The notes under the pieces: generated by a model
What the model was told of the DNA's origin: nothing
The model's database searches: none
Seen by the model: the letters and a program-made list of their open reading frames with translations, nothing else
In this document: in pieces, positions 1-10,900 of the stretch
Position numbering within the stretch: position 1 is the stretch's first letter
Layout: every line of letters starts with the position of its first letter
Position numbers and translations under genes: made by a program
DNA from: an uncultured delta proteobacterium
GTDB taxonomy: Bacteria > Myxococcota_A > Polyangia > Fen-1088
Reading direction: 5' to 3'
Assembly: GCA_963767925.1 (NCBI GenBank)
Contig: CAVYGB010000008.1
Coordinates: 1,984,001-2,048,000, forward strand
DNA length: 64,000 bases

Positions 1-1373
1 GTCACCTCCCCGCTGGCCGCAGGCGGCTTCGACCGGGGGCCCCGGCTGGACCGGCCCTCGGCCTTGCCGAGCAGCCCCTCCAGGCGCTGGCGCAGGGCCT
101 CGGCCCGGGGATCGGCAGCGGGAGCATGACCGTTCGTCGCCGCCGGCGCCGCGGGACCGGGGACCTGGGCGTAGACGCTGAGCGCGGGCACCCGCAGGTA
201 CCGGGCGGCGACCTCCCGCAGGTCGGAGGGCCGGACCCGGCCCAGCCGCTCGAAGTAGCGCTCCTCGAAGTCCAGGTCTCCGGCGATGGCCGACAGGAAG
301 CCCAGCTTGCGGGCGTAGCCCTGGACGGTCTCCTTGTCGAAGACCCGCTCGCTCTCGAGGATGGTGCGGCTGCGGGTCAGCTCCTCGGCGCTCACGTCTT
401 CGCGGGTCAGGCGCAGCGCCTGCTGCAGCAGCCCCTCGGCAGCGGCCGGGACCCGCCCGGGGGGCAGCGACCCCGCCACCACGAACAGCCCGGGGTTGCG
501 GGCGGCGAAGGTGTAGGCCGAGGCGCTCGTGGTCAGCCGCCGGTTGCGGACGACCTCGAGGTGCAGGCGCGAGCTCTCCCCCTGACCGAGCACGACCGCC
601 AGCAGGTCGAGGGCGGGGATGTCCTCGTGCTCCACGCCAGGGGCGCGAAAGCCGAACAGGATCTGGCTCTCCTTGACCGGGCGGGTGACCACCCGGACGC
701 GGGACGACTCCTGCGCGGGCTGGACCGGACGGGGCGGCTCCGGGTGACCCGCCGGCATCGACCCGAAGGCCGCCTCGATCGCGCTCCGGGCCGCGTCGAT
801 CTCGAAGTCGCCCACCACAACGAAGGTGACGTTGGCGCCCACATAGTGCTGGCGAAAGAAGCCGAGGAGCTGATCGCGGGAGAGCTGCCCGACGGTCTCG
901 GAGCTGCCGATGATGGGCCGCCCGTACGGGTGCCGGTCGAAGGCGGTCTCGAACAGCCCCTGCGCCGCCATGCGGTCCGGGTCGTCGCGCCCTTGCTTGA
1001 TCTCCTCGATGACCACTTTGCGCTCGCGGTCCAGCTCGTCCGGATCGAAGGCCGAGTTCTGGAGCGTGTCGGCGAGGATGTCGAGACCGGTCCCGAAGAA
1101 CGGGGTGGCGAGGACCACGTGGTAGGCCGTCTCGTCGTAGCTGGTCCAGGCGTTGATCTCGCCGCCGGCGCGCTCGACCTCCTGGGCGATCTTGCCGACA
1201 CCGCGGCGCTCGGTCCCCTTGAACACCATGTGCTCGCAGAGGTGCGAGATGCCGGCCAGCTCGGGCGGCTCGTCGGCGGAGCCGACCTTGACCCAGGCCT
1301 GAAACGCCACCACGGGGGCGGCATGATTTTCCTCGAGGACGACCTCGAGCCCATTGGAGAGACGGAAGTTCAA
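1..1373 (-). CDS. M16 family (pitrilysin-like) zinc peptidase, runs off the left edge (partial)
   Basis: Manual minus-strand translation from TTG at 1373 gives LNFRLSNGLEVVLEENHAAPVVAFQAWVKVGSADEPPELAGISHLCEHMVFKG, with the inverted HxxEH zinc motif. Absent from the ORF track, consistent with no stop inside the window. Confidence 0.9.
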   Translation of the reverse strand, partial: MNFRLSNGLEVVLEENHAAPVVAFQAWVKVGSADEPPELAGISHLCEHMVFKGTERRGVGKIAQEVERAGGEINAWTSYDETAYHVVLATPFFGTGLDILADTLQNSAFDPDELDRERKVVIEEIKQGRDDPDRMAAQGLFETAFDRHPYGRPIIGSSETVGQLSRDQLLGFFRQHYVGANVTFVVVGDFEIDAARSAIEAAFGSMPAGHPEPPRPVQPAQESSRVRVVTRPVKESQILFGFRAPGVEHEDIPALDLLAVVLGQGESSRLHLEVVRNRRLTTSASAYTFAARNPGLFVVAGSLPPGRVPAAAEGLLQQALRLTREDVSAEELTRSRTILESERVFDKETVQGYARKLGFLSAIAGDLDFEERYFERLGRVRPSDLREVAARYLRVPALSVYAQVPGPAAPAATNGHAPAADPRAEALRQRLEGLLGKAEGRSSRGPRSKPPAASGEV

Positions 1374-1651
1374 AGAGTCCTGGGCTTGGTGGGACCGTCG
1401 GTCGACTACCCCCGGGACGTGGAAACGGGCGGTCGAGATGGACGGTCAGGAGGGGCCGCCGGCGGTCCGGTCAGACTGGTCAGCCCCCTTACCCTAGCAC
1501 GACTGGGCGCAGGCGGTCATCGCCCGTGCGCCGGAGTGCCGCCCCGTTCAGGCGGCGCCCGATGGCCGAAGCGGGCCGCGCGTGGTATTGACACGGAGCC
1601 CCGCCGACCCCTTTACGCTGCGGCTGGCGGGTACAGACGGAGTCCGAGGCC

Positions 1652-1879
1652 ATGGTTCGCGCGTGTCCTATCTGCAAGCGGCCCATCTCGCCAGAAGCGG
1701 CGGAGGGGGTCAACCGGCCTTTTTGCTCGGCCCGTTGCAAGACCATCGATCTCGGCGGGTGGCTCACGGAGGCCTATCGCATCGGCCGCCCGATCGCCGA
1801 GGAAGATCTGGACGAGGGGGTGCCGCGGGAGGGTGGCGTCGAGGATCAGTCGCTGCCGGCCAAGGGAAAGCCGAGTTGA
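1652..1879 (+). CDS. yacG: DNA gyrase inhibitor YacG (zinc finger)
   Basis: CPIC...RPFCSARCKTIDLGGW...YRI signature. Confidence 0.9.
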   Translation: MVRACPICKRPISPEAAEGVNRPFCSARCKTIDLGGWLTEAYRIGRPIAEEDLDEGVPREGGVEDQSLPAKGKPS

Positions 1880-1902
1880 AGCGAGCAAGGTAAACTCTAG
1901 CG

Positions 1903-3678
1903 GTGGTGGCCCCTGGTGACCGGCTCCTGGTGCTGCTCGGCCGGGTACGACGGCGTATCCGCGCGCAGGCGGCGCTGCAAGGAGCGATCGCGGGCGCGCT
2001 CGTCGCGGCGGTGGCGGTCAATGTCGTGCTCCTGGTGAACGCGGTCGGGCGGTTCGATCGTCCCCCCGCGCCCGCCATCTGGCTGACCGGGCTGGGCTTC
2101 GGGCTGCTGGGGGCGGCCCTGTCCCTGTGGCGGCGGCCGAGCAGCCTGGCGGGCGCAGCCCGTCGGGTCGACCGGGCGGCCAGCGGCGACGCCGGCCAGG
2201 GCGGAGGCGATCGGGTATTCGTCGCCTTTTTCCTTCGCGGTCAGGAAGCGTCCGAGCTGGCCCGGGCGGCCCTCGAGGGGGCCGTGCGCCTCGCGACGGG
2301 AACGTCGCTGGCGGCGGCGGCGCCCTGGCGCTGCCCGCGCGGACTGGGGCTGCTGGGAGGGCTCGCGACGCTGGCGATCGGCCTCGCCGTCTGGCCCTGG
2401 CCGTCGGCCGCCGAGAGCGCTGCCACCAGCCGGGAGCCGGACGAACGCGCGCGCCGGGCGGTGCGGGGCGAGCTGGATCGCTTGCACCGGGCCGCCGGGC
2501 TGCGCGGCGACGCCGACCTGATGGCGCTCATCGCCCAGGCCGACGGGCTTCTGGCCCGGGAGAGCGGCGGATCCACGGTGAACCCCGAGCTGCGCGAGCG
2601 GCTGGCGGCGGTGGCCGCGGCGGCGCGGCTGTCGGCCCAGGCCGGCACGGCCGTCTCGGACGCCCTCGCCCGCATCGCCGAGGCCCTTGCCGCCGAGCCG
2701 CAGACGCGCGCCTGGGCCGAGGCGCTCTCGCGCCTGGAGGCGGGGGCCTCCGAGCGCGAAGCCAGCGCCGCCTCGAACCGGCTCTCCGGACTGGGCGCGG
2801 CCGAGCGGGCAGCGCTGGCCGAGGCCCTGTCCCGCGCGGCGGCGGCCGCCGGGGCCCTCGCGGGGGCCGAGTCCGAGAAGCAGAAGCAGGCCGAGGCCGA
2901 GGAGCAGCGGCGCCGCTTGTCGGGCTTGCAGGACGAGCCGGCGGCCCGGGCCGGGGGCGAGCAACAGAAGGCTCCCCCTCAGGAGCCCGGCGCGGCCGAG
3001 CGAAGCCTGAAGCGGCTCGAGCGGGACCTGCAGGACACGGCCGATCGCTGTCGAGCCGATCCGGCGGCGTGTGCGCGGGCGATGAATCAGGCGGCCGAAT
3101 CGCTCGGTTCGGAGATGGCCCGCGCGCGCTCCTCGGGCGAAAACCAGCAACTCGCCCAGACCCTCGAGCGCGAGCTGAGCCGCCAGGCCGGCGCGGGGGG
3201 GCCGGGAGGGGTTGCAGGGCCCAGCTCCGGCAGCGGCGCGGGGTCCAGCGCGCGCGGCGAGGCCGGCGGAACGGAGGCTCCGGCAGCGGCCGCCGCGGCC
3301 GGCGAGACCGCCCCCGGTGCCGGCGCCGCCGCGGAGACCGCCGGCGGCGCGGAGGCCAGCCCGATGGCGGCCGGTGGCGGAGCTGGCGTCGGCGCCGGAC
3401 AGGGCGAGGGGGCCGGCGGCGACGGCCCCGGATCGGGATCGCTGGCCGGCGGCGAGCGGACCGGCGAGAAGCGAGAGGTGCGGGTTCCGATGGGACCCGG
3501 TCCCTCGCGGGCCGAAGTGATCGAAGGTGGCGCCCGGCGCGGGTTCACCGAGCCCGGGTACCGGCGCGTGTACCGCGACTACGAGGCGGCCATCGAGGAG
3601 ACGCTCGACGCGACCGCGGTGCCGCCCGGGCGGCGGCGGCTGGTGCGCCGTTACTTCGATCTCATCCACCCCCGCTAG
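1903..3678 (+). CDS. Membrane-anchored helical/Gly-rich protein associated with the MoxR-VWA operon
   Basis: N-terminal hydrophobic segments, long helical region, Gly/Ala-rich linker, C-terminal 'YRRVYRDYE...VPPGRRRLVRRYF'; stop lies 7 bp before moxR. Confidence 0.7.
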   Translation: MVAPGDRLLVLLGRVRRRIRAQAALQGAIAGALVAAVAVNVVLLVNAVGRFDRPPAPAIWLTGLGFGLLGAALSLWRRPSSLAGAARRVDRAASGDAGQGGGDRVFVAFFLRGQEASELARAALEGAVRLATGTSLAAAAPWRCPRGLGLLGGLATLAIGLAVWPWPSAAESAATSREPDERARRAVRGELDRLHRAAGLRGDADLMALIAQADGLLARESGGSTVNPELRERLAAVAAAARLSAQAGTAVSDALARIAEALAAEPQTRAWAEALSRLEAGASEREASAASNRLSGLGAAERAALAEALSRAAAAAGALAGAESEKQKQAEAEEQRRRLSGLQDEPAARAGGEQQKAPPQEPGAAERSLKRLERDLQDTADRCRADPAACARAMNQAAESLGSEMARARSSGENQQLAQTLERELSRQAGAGGPGGVAGPSSGSGAGSSARGEAGGTEAPAAAAAAGETAPGAGAAAETAGGAEASPMAAGGGAGVGAGQGEGAGGDGPGSGSLAGGERTGEKREVRVPMGPGPSRAEVIEGGARRGFTEPGYRRVYRDYEAAIEETLDATAVPPGRRRLVRRYFDLIHPR

Positions 3679-3685
3679 GAGGACC

Positions 3686-4666
3686 ATGGAGGCAGCCCAG
3701 GCCGTAGAACGCTTCGTGCAGGACTCGGAAGGGTTCCTGGCCGAGATCGGACGCCGCATCGTCGGCCAGAGGGCCATCCTCGACGGGCTCCTGACCTCCC
3801 TGCTGGCCGGGGGACACGTCCTGCTCGAAGGCGTCCCCGGGCTGGGCAAGACAGCGATGGTCCGGGCGCTGGCCGGCGCGCTCGACCTGACCTTCTCCCG
3901 GATCCAGTTCACCCCGGATCTGATGCCCTCCGACATCACCGGCACCAACATCCTCGTCGAGTCGGCGGAGGGCGGGCGCCGCTTCCAGTTCCAGCAAGGT
4001 CCCGTGTTCTCCCATGTGGTCCTCGCCGACGAGGTCAACCGGGCCACCCCCAAGACCCAGAGCGCGCTGCTCGAGGCCATGCAGGAGCACTCCGTGACGG
4101 TGGGCCGCACCACCCACGCCCTGCCCCTACCTTTCTTCGTGCTGGCCACCCAGAACCCGATCGAGCTCGAGGGGACCTACCCCCTGCCCGAGGCCCAGCT
4201 CGATCGCTTCCTGTTCAAGCTGCGGGTGAACGCCCCCAGCCGGGACGAGCTGCACGCGATCCTCGACCGGACCACCGGGTCGGACGAGCCAGTCCTGCGA
4301 TCGGTTGTGGACCGGGACCGGCTCCTCGGCATGCGGAAGCTGGTGCGGGAGGTCCCGGTGGCCCGGCCGGTGCAGGACTACGTGGTCCGCCTCGTGGAGG
4401 CGACCCACCCGGAGACCTCGACCATCGCCGAGGTGAAGAAGTACGTCCGGTTCGGCAGCTCTCCCCGAGGTGCCCAGGCCATGCTCCTGGGGGCCAAGGT
4501 GGCGGCCCTGCGGGCGGGTCGCTTCTCGCCCTCCTTCGAGGACGTCCGGGTGATGGCGGCGCCGTCGCTCCGGCACCGGGTGCTGCTCAACTTCGAGGGT
4601 GAGACCGACGCGGTGGGGACCGACCGGATCGTCACCGCCCTGCTCGAGCGTATCCCCGAGACCTAG
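3686..4666 (+). CDS. moxR: MoxR family AAA+ ATPase
   Basis: GHVLLEGVPGLGKT Walker A, RIQFTPDLMPSDITG, LADEVNRATPKTQSALLEAMQE, ATQNPIELEGTYPLPEAQLDRF; AGGAGG RBS before ATG 3686. Confidence 0.95.
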   Translation: MEAAQAVERFVQDSEGFLAEIGRRIVGQRAILDGLLTSLLAGGHVLLEGVPGLGKTAMVRALAGALDLTFSRIQFTPDLMPSDITGTNILVESAEGGRRFQFQQGPVFSHVVLADEVNRATPKTQSALLEAMQEHSVTVGRTTHALPLPFFVLATQNPIELEGTYPLPEAQLDRFLFKLRVNAPSRDELHAILDRTTGSDEPVLRSVVDRDRLLGMRKLVREVPVARPVQDYVVRLVEATHPETSTIAEVKKYVRFGSSPRGAQAMLLGAKVAALRAGRFSPSFEDVRVMAAPSLRHRVLLNFEGETDAVGTDRIVTALLERIPET

Positions 4667-4669
4667 ACC

Positions 4670-5575
4670 ATGCCCGGGAGCTCGCCAGCGGTCTCCGCGC
4701 GCGGCCTGTTCGAGGAGGCCTTCCTGCGCAAGCTGCAGCAACTCTCCATCGTGGCCAAGCGGGTCGCGCACGGCAGCGGCCGGGGCGAGCGCAAGACCCG
4801 CCGCAGCGGGGCCGGGCTGGAGTTCGCCGACCACCGGGAGTACAGCGCCGGCGACGACCTCCGCCGCATCGACTGGAACCTCTACGGGCGCATCGGGCGG
4901 CCGCTGGTCCGCCTGTTCGACGAGGAAGAGGAGCTGGCCATGTACCTGCTGGTCGACAGCAGCGCTTCGATGGGCATCGGCGCGCGCCCCAAGCTGCAGA
5001 TCGCCTGCGAGACCGCGGCGGCGCTGGCCTACATCGGGCTCGGGGGCCGCGATCGGGTCGCGGTCCACCCCTTCGCCGCCGAGCTGGCCGACGGCGTGGG
5101 CCCGCTGCGCGGCCGCCAGCGGATCCACCCGGTGCTCAGCCTCCTCGATCAGCTCGTCCCGGCTGGGCGCACCGACCTGGCCCTGGCGGCGGCCGCCTTC
5201 GTGGGCCGGCACCGCCGCAAGGGGGTGGTCATCATCCTCTCGGACTTCTTCGACCCGGCCGGCACCGAGCCGGCCCTCGATCGCCTGCGCGCCCACCGCT
5301 TCGAGCCGGTCCTGGTCCACATCACCGCCTGGGAGGACCGCCGGGCGCCCGATGACGACGATCTGATGGTCGTCGACAGCGAATCCGGGCAGGAATACGT
5401 CGTCACGCTCGACGAGGAGGCGCGCCTGGCCTACGAGCGCGAGGTGGGGGCCCGGCTGGAGGCGCTCCAGCGATTTTGCCGGCAGCGGTCGGTGTCCTGC
5501 TTTCCGGTGAGCGCCGAGCAGGCGTTCGACGGGGTGGTGCTGCGCCTGCTGCACGCCGGCGGCCTGCTGACCTAG
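4670..5575 (+). CDS. DUF58 domain protein (VWA-like MoxR partner)
   Basis: GAGLEFADHREYSAGDDLRRIDWN, LLVDSSASM and IILSDF motifs. Confidence 0.9.
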   Translation: MPGSSPAVSARGLFEEAFLRKLQQLSIVAKRVAHGSGRGERKTRRSGAGLEFADHREYSAGDDLRRIDWNLYGRIGRPLVRLFDEEEELAMYLLVDSSASMGIGARPKLQIACETAAALAYIGLGGRDRVAVHPFAAELADGVGPLRGRQRIHPVLSLLDQLVPAGRTDLALAAAAFVGRHRRKGVVIILSDFFDPAGTEPALDRLRAHRFEPVLVHITAWEDRRAPDDDDLMVVDSESGQEYVVTLDEEARLAYEREVGARLEALQRFCRQRSVSCFPVSAEQAFDGVVLRLLHAGGLLT

Positions 5576-5582
5576 GCGAGCC

Positions 5583-7274
5583 GTGTTCACCCTCTTCGGT
5601 TACACGCTCGCGCTGGCTCCGGCGCAGCTCGCCGCCCTGGCCCTGGCGGCGATCGGCCTGCTGGCGGCCGCCCACCTGGTGGGGCGCCGGCCCCGGCGGA
5701 TGCTCGTCTCGACGATCGACCCCTGGAGCCTGCCCCGGGGACCGGCACGCCGATCCCGCCTCGGCTGGCGCATCCAGCGCTGGTTGACCTTCCTCCTGCA
5801 CGCCGCGATCGCGCTGCTGCTGGTGCTGGCCCTGGCCGATCCCCGGCCCGGCGGGGGCCAAGCCGGGGGCCGAGCCATCGCCTTGCTCCTGGATCGGTCG
5901 GCCTCGATGGCCGCCCGGGCCGGAGCCGGCACCCGGATCGACGAGGCCCGCGAGCAGGCGCGGGCCATCGCCGCCCGGCTCGAGCCCGGCGATCGGGTCC
6001 TGGTGGCAGGGTTCGCCCGCCAGCTCGAGGTGGAGACCACCTGGACCGCCGACGCCGCCGCGATCGAGGCGGCGATCGCCCGGATCGAGGTGGGGACCCA
6101 GGCCGACGACCTGCCGGCCGCCGTCACGGCGGTCACCGCCCTGGTGACTGGCCGGGACCGCCCGCGCATCGTCGCCATCGGCGATCGGCGCGCCCCGGCC
6201 GCCCCAGTGGAGTACGTCGCGGTCGGTGAGCCGGTGGACAACGTGGGCATCGTGGGGCTGACCCTGCAGCGCACCGACGAGGAGCCGAGGGCAGAGGCCT
6301 TCTTGACCGTGCAGGCCTCGGCGCGGACCGGGGGAAAGGCGCGCATCGACCTCGTCTCGCTGCCAGGCGGGCGGCGGGTCCAGAGCGCCGTGGTGGACCT
6401 TCCGGCGCGCGGCACCCGCACCGTGCGCCTGTCGTTCGCGGCGGCTGGTGCGACGAGGCTGGCGGCCGTGCTCGTCGAGCCGGCGCCCGGTCCGGGCAAT
6501 GCCCTGCTGGCCGACGACCGGGCGGTCGCGCTGCTGCCGCCCGTGGCCCGGCGCCGCGTGCTCCTGGTATCGGACGGGAACCTCTATCTGGAGGGCGCCC
6601 TGCGCAGCTTCGGCCCGGGCCTGCTGCTGGATCAGCGCCCCGCCTCCGGTCCGCCGGTGGGTAAGCAGGAGGCGAGCAGCTACGATGCCGTGGTGTTCGA
6701 TGGCGTGGCCCCCCTGCCCCCGCCGGCCGCTGGCCGGTACCTCTACCTCGACCCCTCGGGACCGGGGAGCCCCTTCCCTGTCCGGGGCCTGCTGCGCGAC
6801 CCGATCCCCACCGAGCTGGCCAGGAATCACCCGCTGCTCCGCCACGTGACCCTGGCCGACCTGAACATCCGCGAAGCCCGGCGCCTGAGCGCCAGCCCGG
6901 GCGACGTGGTGGTGGCGGCCGCCCTCGGCGTCCCGCTCATCCTCGCCCGGGAGCGACCCGGCCTGCGGATCGTCGCGCTCGGCTTCGACCTGCGGCGGTC
7001 CGACCTTCCCATGCGCCCCACCCTCCCCCTGTTGCTGGCCAACGCGCTCGACTGGCTGGCGGCCGTCCCTGGCCAGCCGACCGGCGAGCCGGGCGGAGTG
7101 CCCCTCGATCCCGCGGAGGTGGACACCCGGGACGCGGCCGCGGGGACGGCGCCGGCGCCACCCGCGCCGCCCCGGCTCGCCAGCACCTTGCCAGCGGTGC
7201 ACCTGTTCCTGCTGGTGGCGCTGGCCCTCGCCCTGGCCGAGTGGTGGGCCCACCGGCGACGATGGACAAGCTGA
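5583..7274 (+). CDS. BatA-like N-terminus plus VWA domain membrane protein
   Basis: N-terminal TM helices ending LALADP, MIDAS-like LLDRSASM, C-terminal TM followed by EWW. Confidence 0.8.
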   Translation: MFTLFGYTLALAPAQLAALALAAIGLLAAAHLVGRRPRRMLVSTIDPWSLPRGPARRSRLGWRIQRWLTFLLHAAIALLLVLALADPRPGGGQAGGRAIALLLDRSASMAARAGAGTRIDEAREQARAIAARLEPGDRVLVAGFARQLEVETTWTADAAAIEAAIARIEVGTQADDLPAAVTAVTALVTGRDRPRIVAIGDRRAPAAPVEYVAVGEPVDNVGIVGLTLQRTDEEPRAEAFLTVQASARTGGKARIDLVSLPGGRRVQSAVVDLPARGTRTVRLSFAAAGATRLAAVLVEPAPGPGNALLADDRAVALLPPVARRRVLLVSDGNLYLEGALRSFGPGLLLDQRPASGPPVGKQEASSYDAVVFDGVAPLPPPAAGRYLYLDPSGPGSPFPVRGLLRDPIPTELARNHPLLRHVTLADLNIREARRLSASPGDVVVAAALGVPLILARERPGLRIVALGFDLRRSDLPMRPTLPLLLANALDWLAAVPGQPTGEPGGVPLDPAEVDTRDAAAGTAPAPPAPPRLASTLPAVHLFLLVALALALAEWWAHRRRWTS

Positions 7275-9979
7275 GCGCAGCGCTTCGCCTCCTGGGCGGG
7301 TCCTGGCAGGTGGCCGAGCCGGCCTGGTTGCTGCTGCTGCTCCCGCTGGTGGTTCCCCACCTGCTGCTGCTGCGGGGCACTCTCCCCTCGCGCAAGCGGC
7401 GGGTGCTGCTGGCCCTGCGGCTGACCTGGCTGACTCTGGCGGTCCTGGCCCTCGCCGGCCCGGCCCGGCTGCGGCGAGCGGCGGAGGTCTCGGTGGTGGC
7501 GCTGCTCGATGTCTCGAGCAGCGTGCGAGAGGCCGAGCTGGCCGGCGGCCGTGCCCTGCTCGCGCGGGTCGAGGCGGAGACCGCCCGCCGGCGCGGACGC
7601 ACCTCGCTGGCGGCGCTGAAGTTCGCCGCCCATCCGTCCGATCTGCTTGCCACCGCGCGCGCCGCCCCGCCCCCCCGTCTCGCGGGGCCGGCCGGCGAGG
7701 AGTCGGACCTGGCGCTGGCCCTCGAGGTGGGGCTGGCCCGGCTCGACCCCGACCGGATCGGGCGGTTGCTCCTGATCAGCGACGGACGCCCCACCCGGGG
7801 CGATCTCCTCGAGGCGGCCGAACGCGCGCGGCGCCGGGGCGTGCGGGTCTTCGTCCATCCCCTCGCCGCTGCGACCACCCCGGAAGCGGCTGCCGAGAGT
7901 GATGTCGCGATCGCTGGCCTGACCGGCCCCGCGGCCGTTCAGCCGGGAGAGAGCTTCGAGGTGGAGGCCCGGATCGCCGCCAGCCACCCGGCCAACGTCC
8001 GGCTGCGGCTGCTCCGGGACGGACAGCCTACCGGCCCCGCCGGGGAGCGGTCGCTGTCGCTGCGATCGGGGATCGAGGTGGTCCGGTTCACCACCCGGCT
8101 CGCCGGGGAGACACCGGCCCGCTTCCGCCTGCAGGTCGAGCAAACCCACCCCGACCGCGAGCCTCGCAACGACGCCGCGACGCTGGCCATTGCCCCGCGA
8201 TCGCGCGGGCGGGTCCTGATCGCCGAGCCGGTCGCGGGCAGCACCCTCGCCTTTCGCCGCGCCCTGGCTGCCGAGGAGATCGAAGTTCAGACGGCGCTGG
8301 GGGCCAACCTGCCCGACCTCGACCGCCTGCCGGAGCTCGACCTCGTCGTGCTCTCCGACCTGGGGACCGGGCTTTCCGAGGCCAGCGCCGCTGCCCTCGA
8401 GCGGTTCGTGCGCGAACGGGGCGGCGGCCTGCTGGTGACCGGGGGCCCCGACGGTGGCGCCAGCGGGGGGACGGGACGGGCCCGCTTCGAGGCGATGCTG
8501 CCGCTTTCTTACGAGGCGACCGAACAGAAGGAGGAGGCGACCCTCGCGCTCGGCCTGATCATCGATCGGTCCGGATCCATGAGCGGACCGAAGATGGACC
8601 TCACAAAGGAGGCCGCCCGGGGCGCCGCCGAGCTGATGAACGCGCAGGACCTCATCACCGTTGTCACCTTCGACAGCCAGGCCCAGACCGTGGTGCGGCT
8701 GCAGCCGGCCTCGAACCGACAGCGCATCCTCAGCGACATCGCCCAGGTCCGGGCCAGCGGCGGCACCAACGTGTTACCCGGCCTGCAGGAGGCCTTCGAT
8801 CAGCTCCTGGCCGCCCGGGCCCGGAAGAAACACGCCATCGTGCTGTCCGACGGTCAGTCTCCGGCCGAGGGCGTGCGCGAGCTGATCGACGAGGCCGCCG
8901 CCGCCGGCATCACCGTGTCGGCGGTGGCGGTGGGCGACGGCGCCGACCTGGCCCTGCTGCAGACCATCGCCGCCCGCGGCGGCGGGCGCTTCTATCACAC
9001 GCGCGATCCGGCGAGCATCCCCCGCATCTTCACCCGCGAGACCACCCGATTCACGCCCACCAACCTCGTCGAGGCGCCCAGCCGCATCCGGAAGACCCGA
9101 CCGGCGCGCGCCATCGAAGGGATCCCCTTCGCCGCCGCGCCCCCGCTCGGGGGGTACGCCCGGGCCCGTCCGAGGCGGGGAGCGGAGGTCTTGCTGGTGA
9201 GCGGCGACGGCGATCCCCTGCTGGCCCGCTGGCAGCTCGGGCTCGGTCAGGTGCTGGTCTGGACCAGCGACATCACCCCGCGCTGGTCGGGCGAATGGTT
9301 GCGCTGGCGCCCCTTCAACAAGCTCTGGGGTCAGGTCGCGCGCAGCGCCCTCCGCCGGCCGGCCGGCCGGTCCCTGCCGATGTCGATCGCCCTCGAGCTC
9401 GACCGGGCGGTTGTGCAGGTCCGGGCCTTCGACTCGGAGGACCGACAACTCGCCGGCCTGCAAGGCACGCTCCGGGTCATCGACGTCGCCGCGACCGGGC
9501 CGATCCCGACCACCACCTCGCGATCGATCCCGCTCTCGCCCGCGGGTGGCGGCAGCTATCGGGCCGAGCTGTCGCTGGGGAGCGCGGCTTCCCTGCTGCT
9601 CACCGCCGAGCTGCAGGGCGACTCCCGGGAAGGCCCCTTGCGGCTGGCCGGCCACGGGCAACTGGCGATCCCCCCGCTGCGCGAGCTCCTGCCCCCGGGT
9701 GCGGAGCAGGCCAGCGATGCCCTCAGCGGTCGCCCCCTGCTGCGGGCGGTGGCGGCCCGCACCGGCGGCGCCGAGGTCGGGACCGACCTGGCGCCGCTGC
9801 TCGACGCGGGGCCTGCCGGGGACGGGGTGGAGGACGAGGTGGATGTCTGGCAGCCCCTGAGGAAGCTGCTGCTGGGCGCGGCGCTCGCGCTTTTTCTTGC
9901 GGAAATCGCCACCCGCCGTGCTAATTTCCGCCGTCCTGATCGGCGTCGGGGGGACGGCCCACCAACGCTCTCGGGCTGA
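7262..9979 (+). CDS. Double-VWA protein with central glutamine-amidotransferase-like region, membrane anchored
   Basis: Two DxSxS motifs ([16 protein letters not shown]) each with a later SDG; '[17 protein letters not shown]' segment; terminal hydrophobic helices. Confidence 0.8.
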   Translation: MDKLSAALRLLGGSWQVAEPAWLLLLLPLVVPHLLLLRGTLPSRKRRVLLALRLTWLTLAVLALAGPARLRRAAEVSVVALLDVSSSVREAELAGGRALLARVEAETARRRGRTSLAALKFAAHPSDLLATARAAPPPRLAGPAGEESDLALALEVGLARLDPDRIGRLLLISDGRPTRGDLLEAAERARRRGVRVFVHPLAAATTPEAAAESDVAIAGLTGPAAVQPGESFEVEARIAASHPANVRLRLLRDGQPTGPAGERSLSLRSGIEVVRFTTRLAGETPARFRLQVEQTHPDREPRNDAATLAIAPRSRGRVLIAEPVAGSTLAFRRALAAEEIEVQTALGANLPDLDRLPELDLVVLSDLGTGLSEASAAALERFVRERGGGLLVTGGPDGGASGGTGRARFEAMLPLSYEATEQKEEATLALGLIIDRSGSMSGPKMDLTKEAARGAAELMNAQDLITVVTFDSQAQTVVRLQPASNRQRILSDIAQVRASGGTNVLPGLQEAFDQLLAARARKKHAIVLSDGQSPAEGVRELIDEAAAAGITVSAVAVGDGADLALLQTIAARGGGRFYHTRDPASIPRIFTRETTRFTPTNLVEAPSRIRKTRPARAIEGIPFAAAPPLGGYARARPRRGAEVLLVSGDGDPLLARWQLGLGQVLVWTSDITPRWSGEWLRWRPFNKLWGQVARSALRRPAGRSLPMSIALELDRAVVQVRAFDSEDRQLAGLQGTLRVIDVAATGPIPTTTSRSIPLSPAGGGSYRAELSLGSAASLLLTAELQGDSREGPLRLAGHGQLAIPPLRELLPPGAEQASDALSGRPLLRAVAARTGGAEVGTDLAPLLDAGPAGDGVEDEVDVWQPLRKLLLGAALALFLAEIATRRANFRRPDRRRGDGPPTLSG

Positions 9980-9993
9980 GATATCGAAGTCTT

Positions 9994-10067
9994 CGGGGCG
10001 TGGCGCAGCCTGGTAGCGCGTTCGGTTCGGGACCGAAAGGTCGCAGGTTCAAATCCTGTCGCCCCGA
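9994..10067 (+). tRNA. tRNA-Pro (CGG)
   Basis: CGGGGCG acceptor stem, D arm, anticodon arm TTCGG-TTCGGGA-CCGAA, GGTTCAAATCC T arm; CCA not encoded. Confidence 0.95.
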
Positions 10068-10090
10068 CTCGTTTTATACTGTCCTTCTCG

Positions 10091-10305
10091 CTACTTGCTG
10101 ATCGCCGCCTGACCCGTTTGCACCTGGTTTGCACGGGCGGCGGACGTGTCGAGCGCTCCGATGAGCTCCCGGCCGGCTCCGGGTGCCAGGTGGACATACC
10201 GCTGGGTGGTCACGATGCTGGAGTGGCCGAGCCAGACCTGGACCTGGCGGAGGGGTACGCCGGCGATGGAGAGCTGGGATCCGAAGGAATGGCGGTTATC
10301 CGGCG
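10091..10305 (-). pseudogene. Tyrosine recombinase (integrase) C-terminal fragment
   Basis: RHSFGSQLSIAGVPLRQVQVWLGHSSIVTTQRYVH carries the box II R...H...Y catalytic residues; N-terminal part missing. Confidence 0.85.
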
Positions 10306-10329
10306 CTCGGGATAATGGCGAATGTCGTG

Positions 10330-10900
10330 CCACCGCACCCTCCGGAGCCCGGCCGCACCTGGCAGGCCGATCTGGACCAGCTTCTCAGCACCCGGCGGCT
10401 ATCCCGATTGAGCGCGCCGAGACGTGTCCCATCACGCAGCCGAATGGCGACCGACCCGTGCTGCGACTGCTGCTCGACCTTGACCTCGAACGGTTTTTGA
10501 GCACACGGTCCAGGTGCCCTTTCCACGCCCGCTCGAGATCCCAGATGCGTCTGCCCGTGTTCCCTCCCGCCTTGCTATTGACCGAAACGTGCCGACCGGT
10601 CGCTCGATTCCGGACGAACTTGGCCACCAGCAGGTGCACGTGAAAGTGAACCTCCCCCGCCTCGTTCCGCGTATGAACCGCCCCCACCGCGCTAACGTCA
10701 AGTCCGACGAACGTGTGTTCTCGATCGTGGCGGCGACCGCCCCGTAGACCGCTTCTTTCGCGTGCTGCCGATGCCCTTCCGCGTACAACGAGATCTCTTT
10801 GGGCACCGTGAGCGTGAAGCTCTTGTGCCCCGCTTCGCGCGGCGGTCGTACGGCCGAGGTGATCGACGGAAAAGTTTCCGACCAGCGCGCCCGGGCCCAC
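10330..10900 (-). pseudogene. Frameshifted MOBF/TrwC-like relaxase fragment
   Basis: KSFTLTVPKEISLY (motif II-like) in one frame and AVHTRNEAGEVHFHVHLLV (HUH motif III-like) in another; ends are approximate. Confidence 0.65.

Noticed and set aside
1588..1619. TTGACA upstream of yacG as a sigma70 promoter
   Set aside because: The best -10 (TACGCT) is 20 bp away, so spacing is poor; plausible but unsupported
126..1919. 597-aa plus-strand ORF
   Set aside because: Antisense shadow of the M16 peptidase, with no motifs; typical of high-GC DNA
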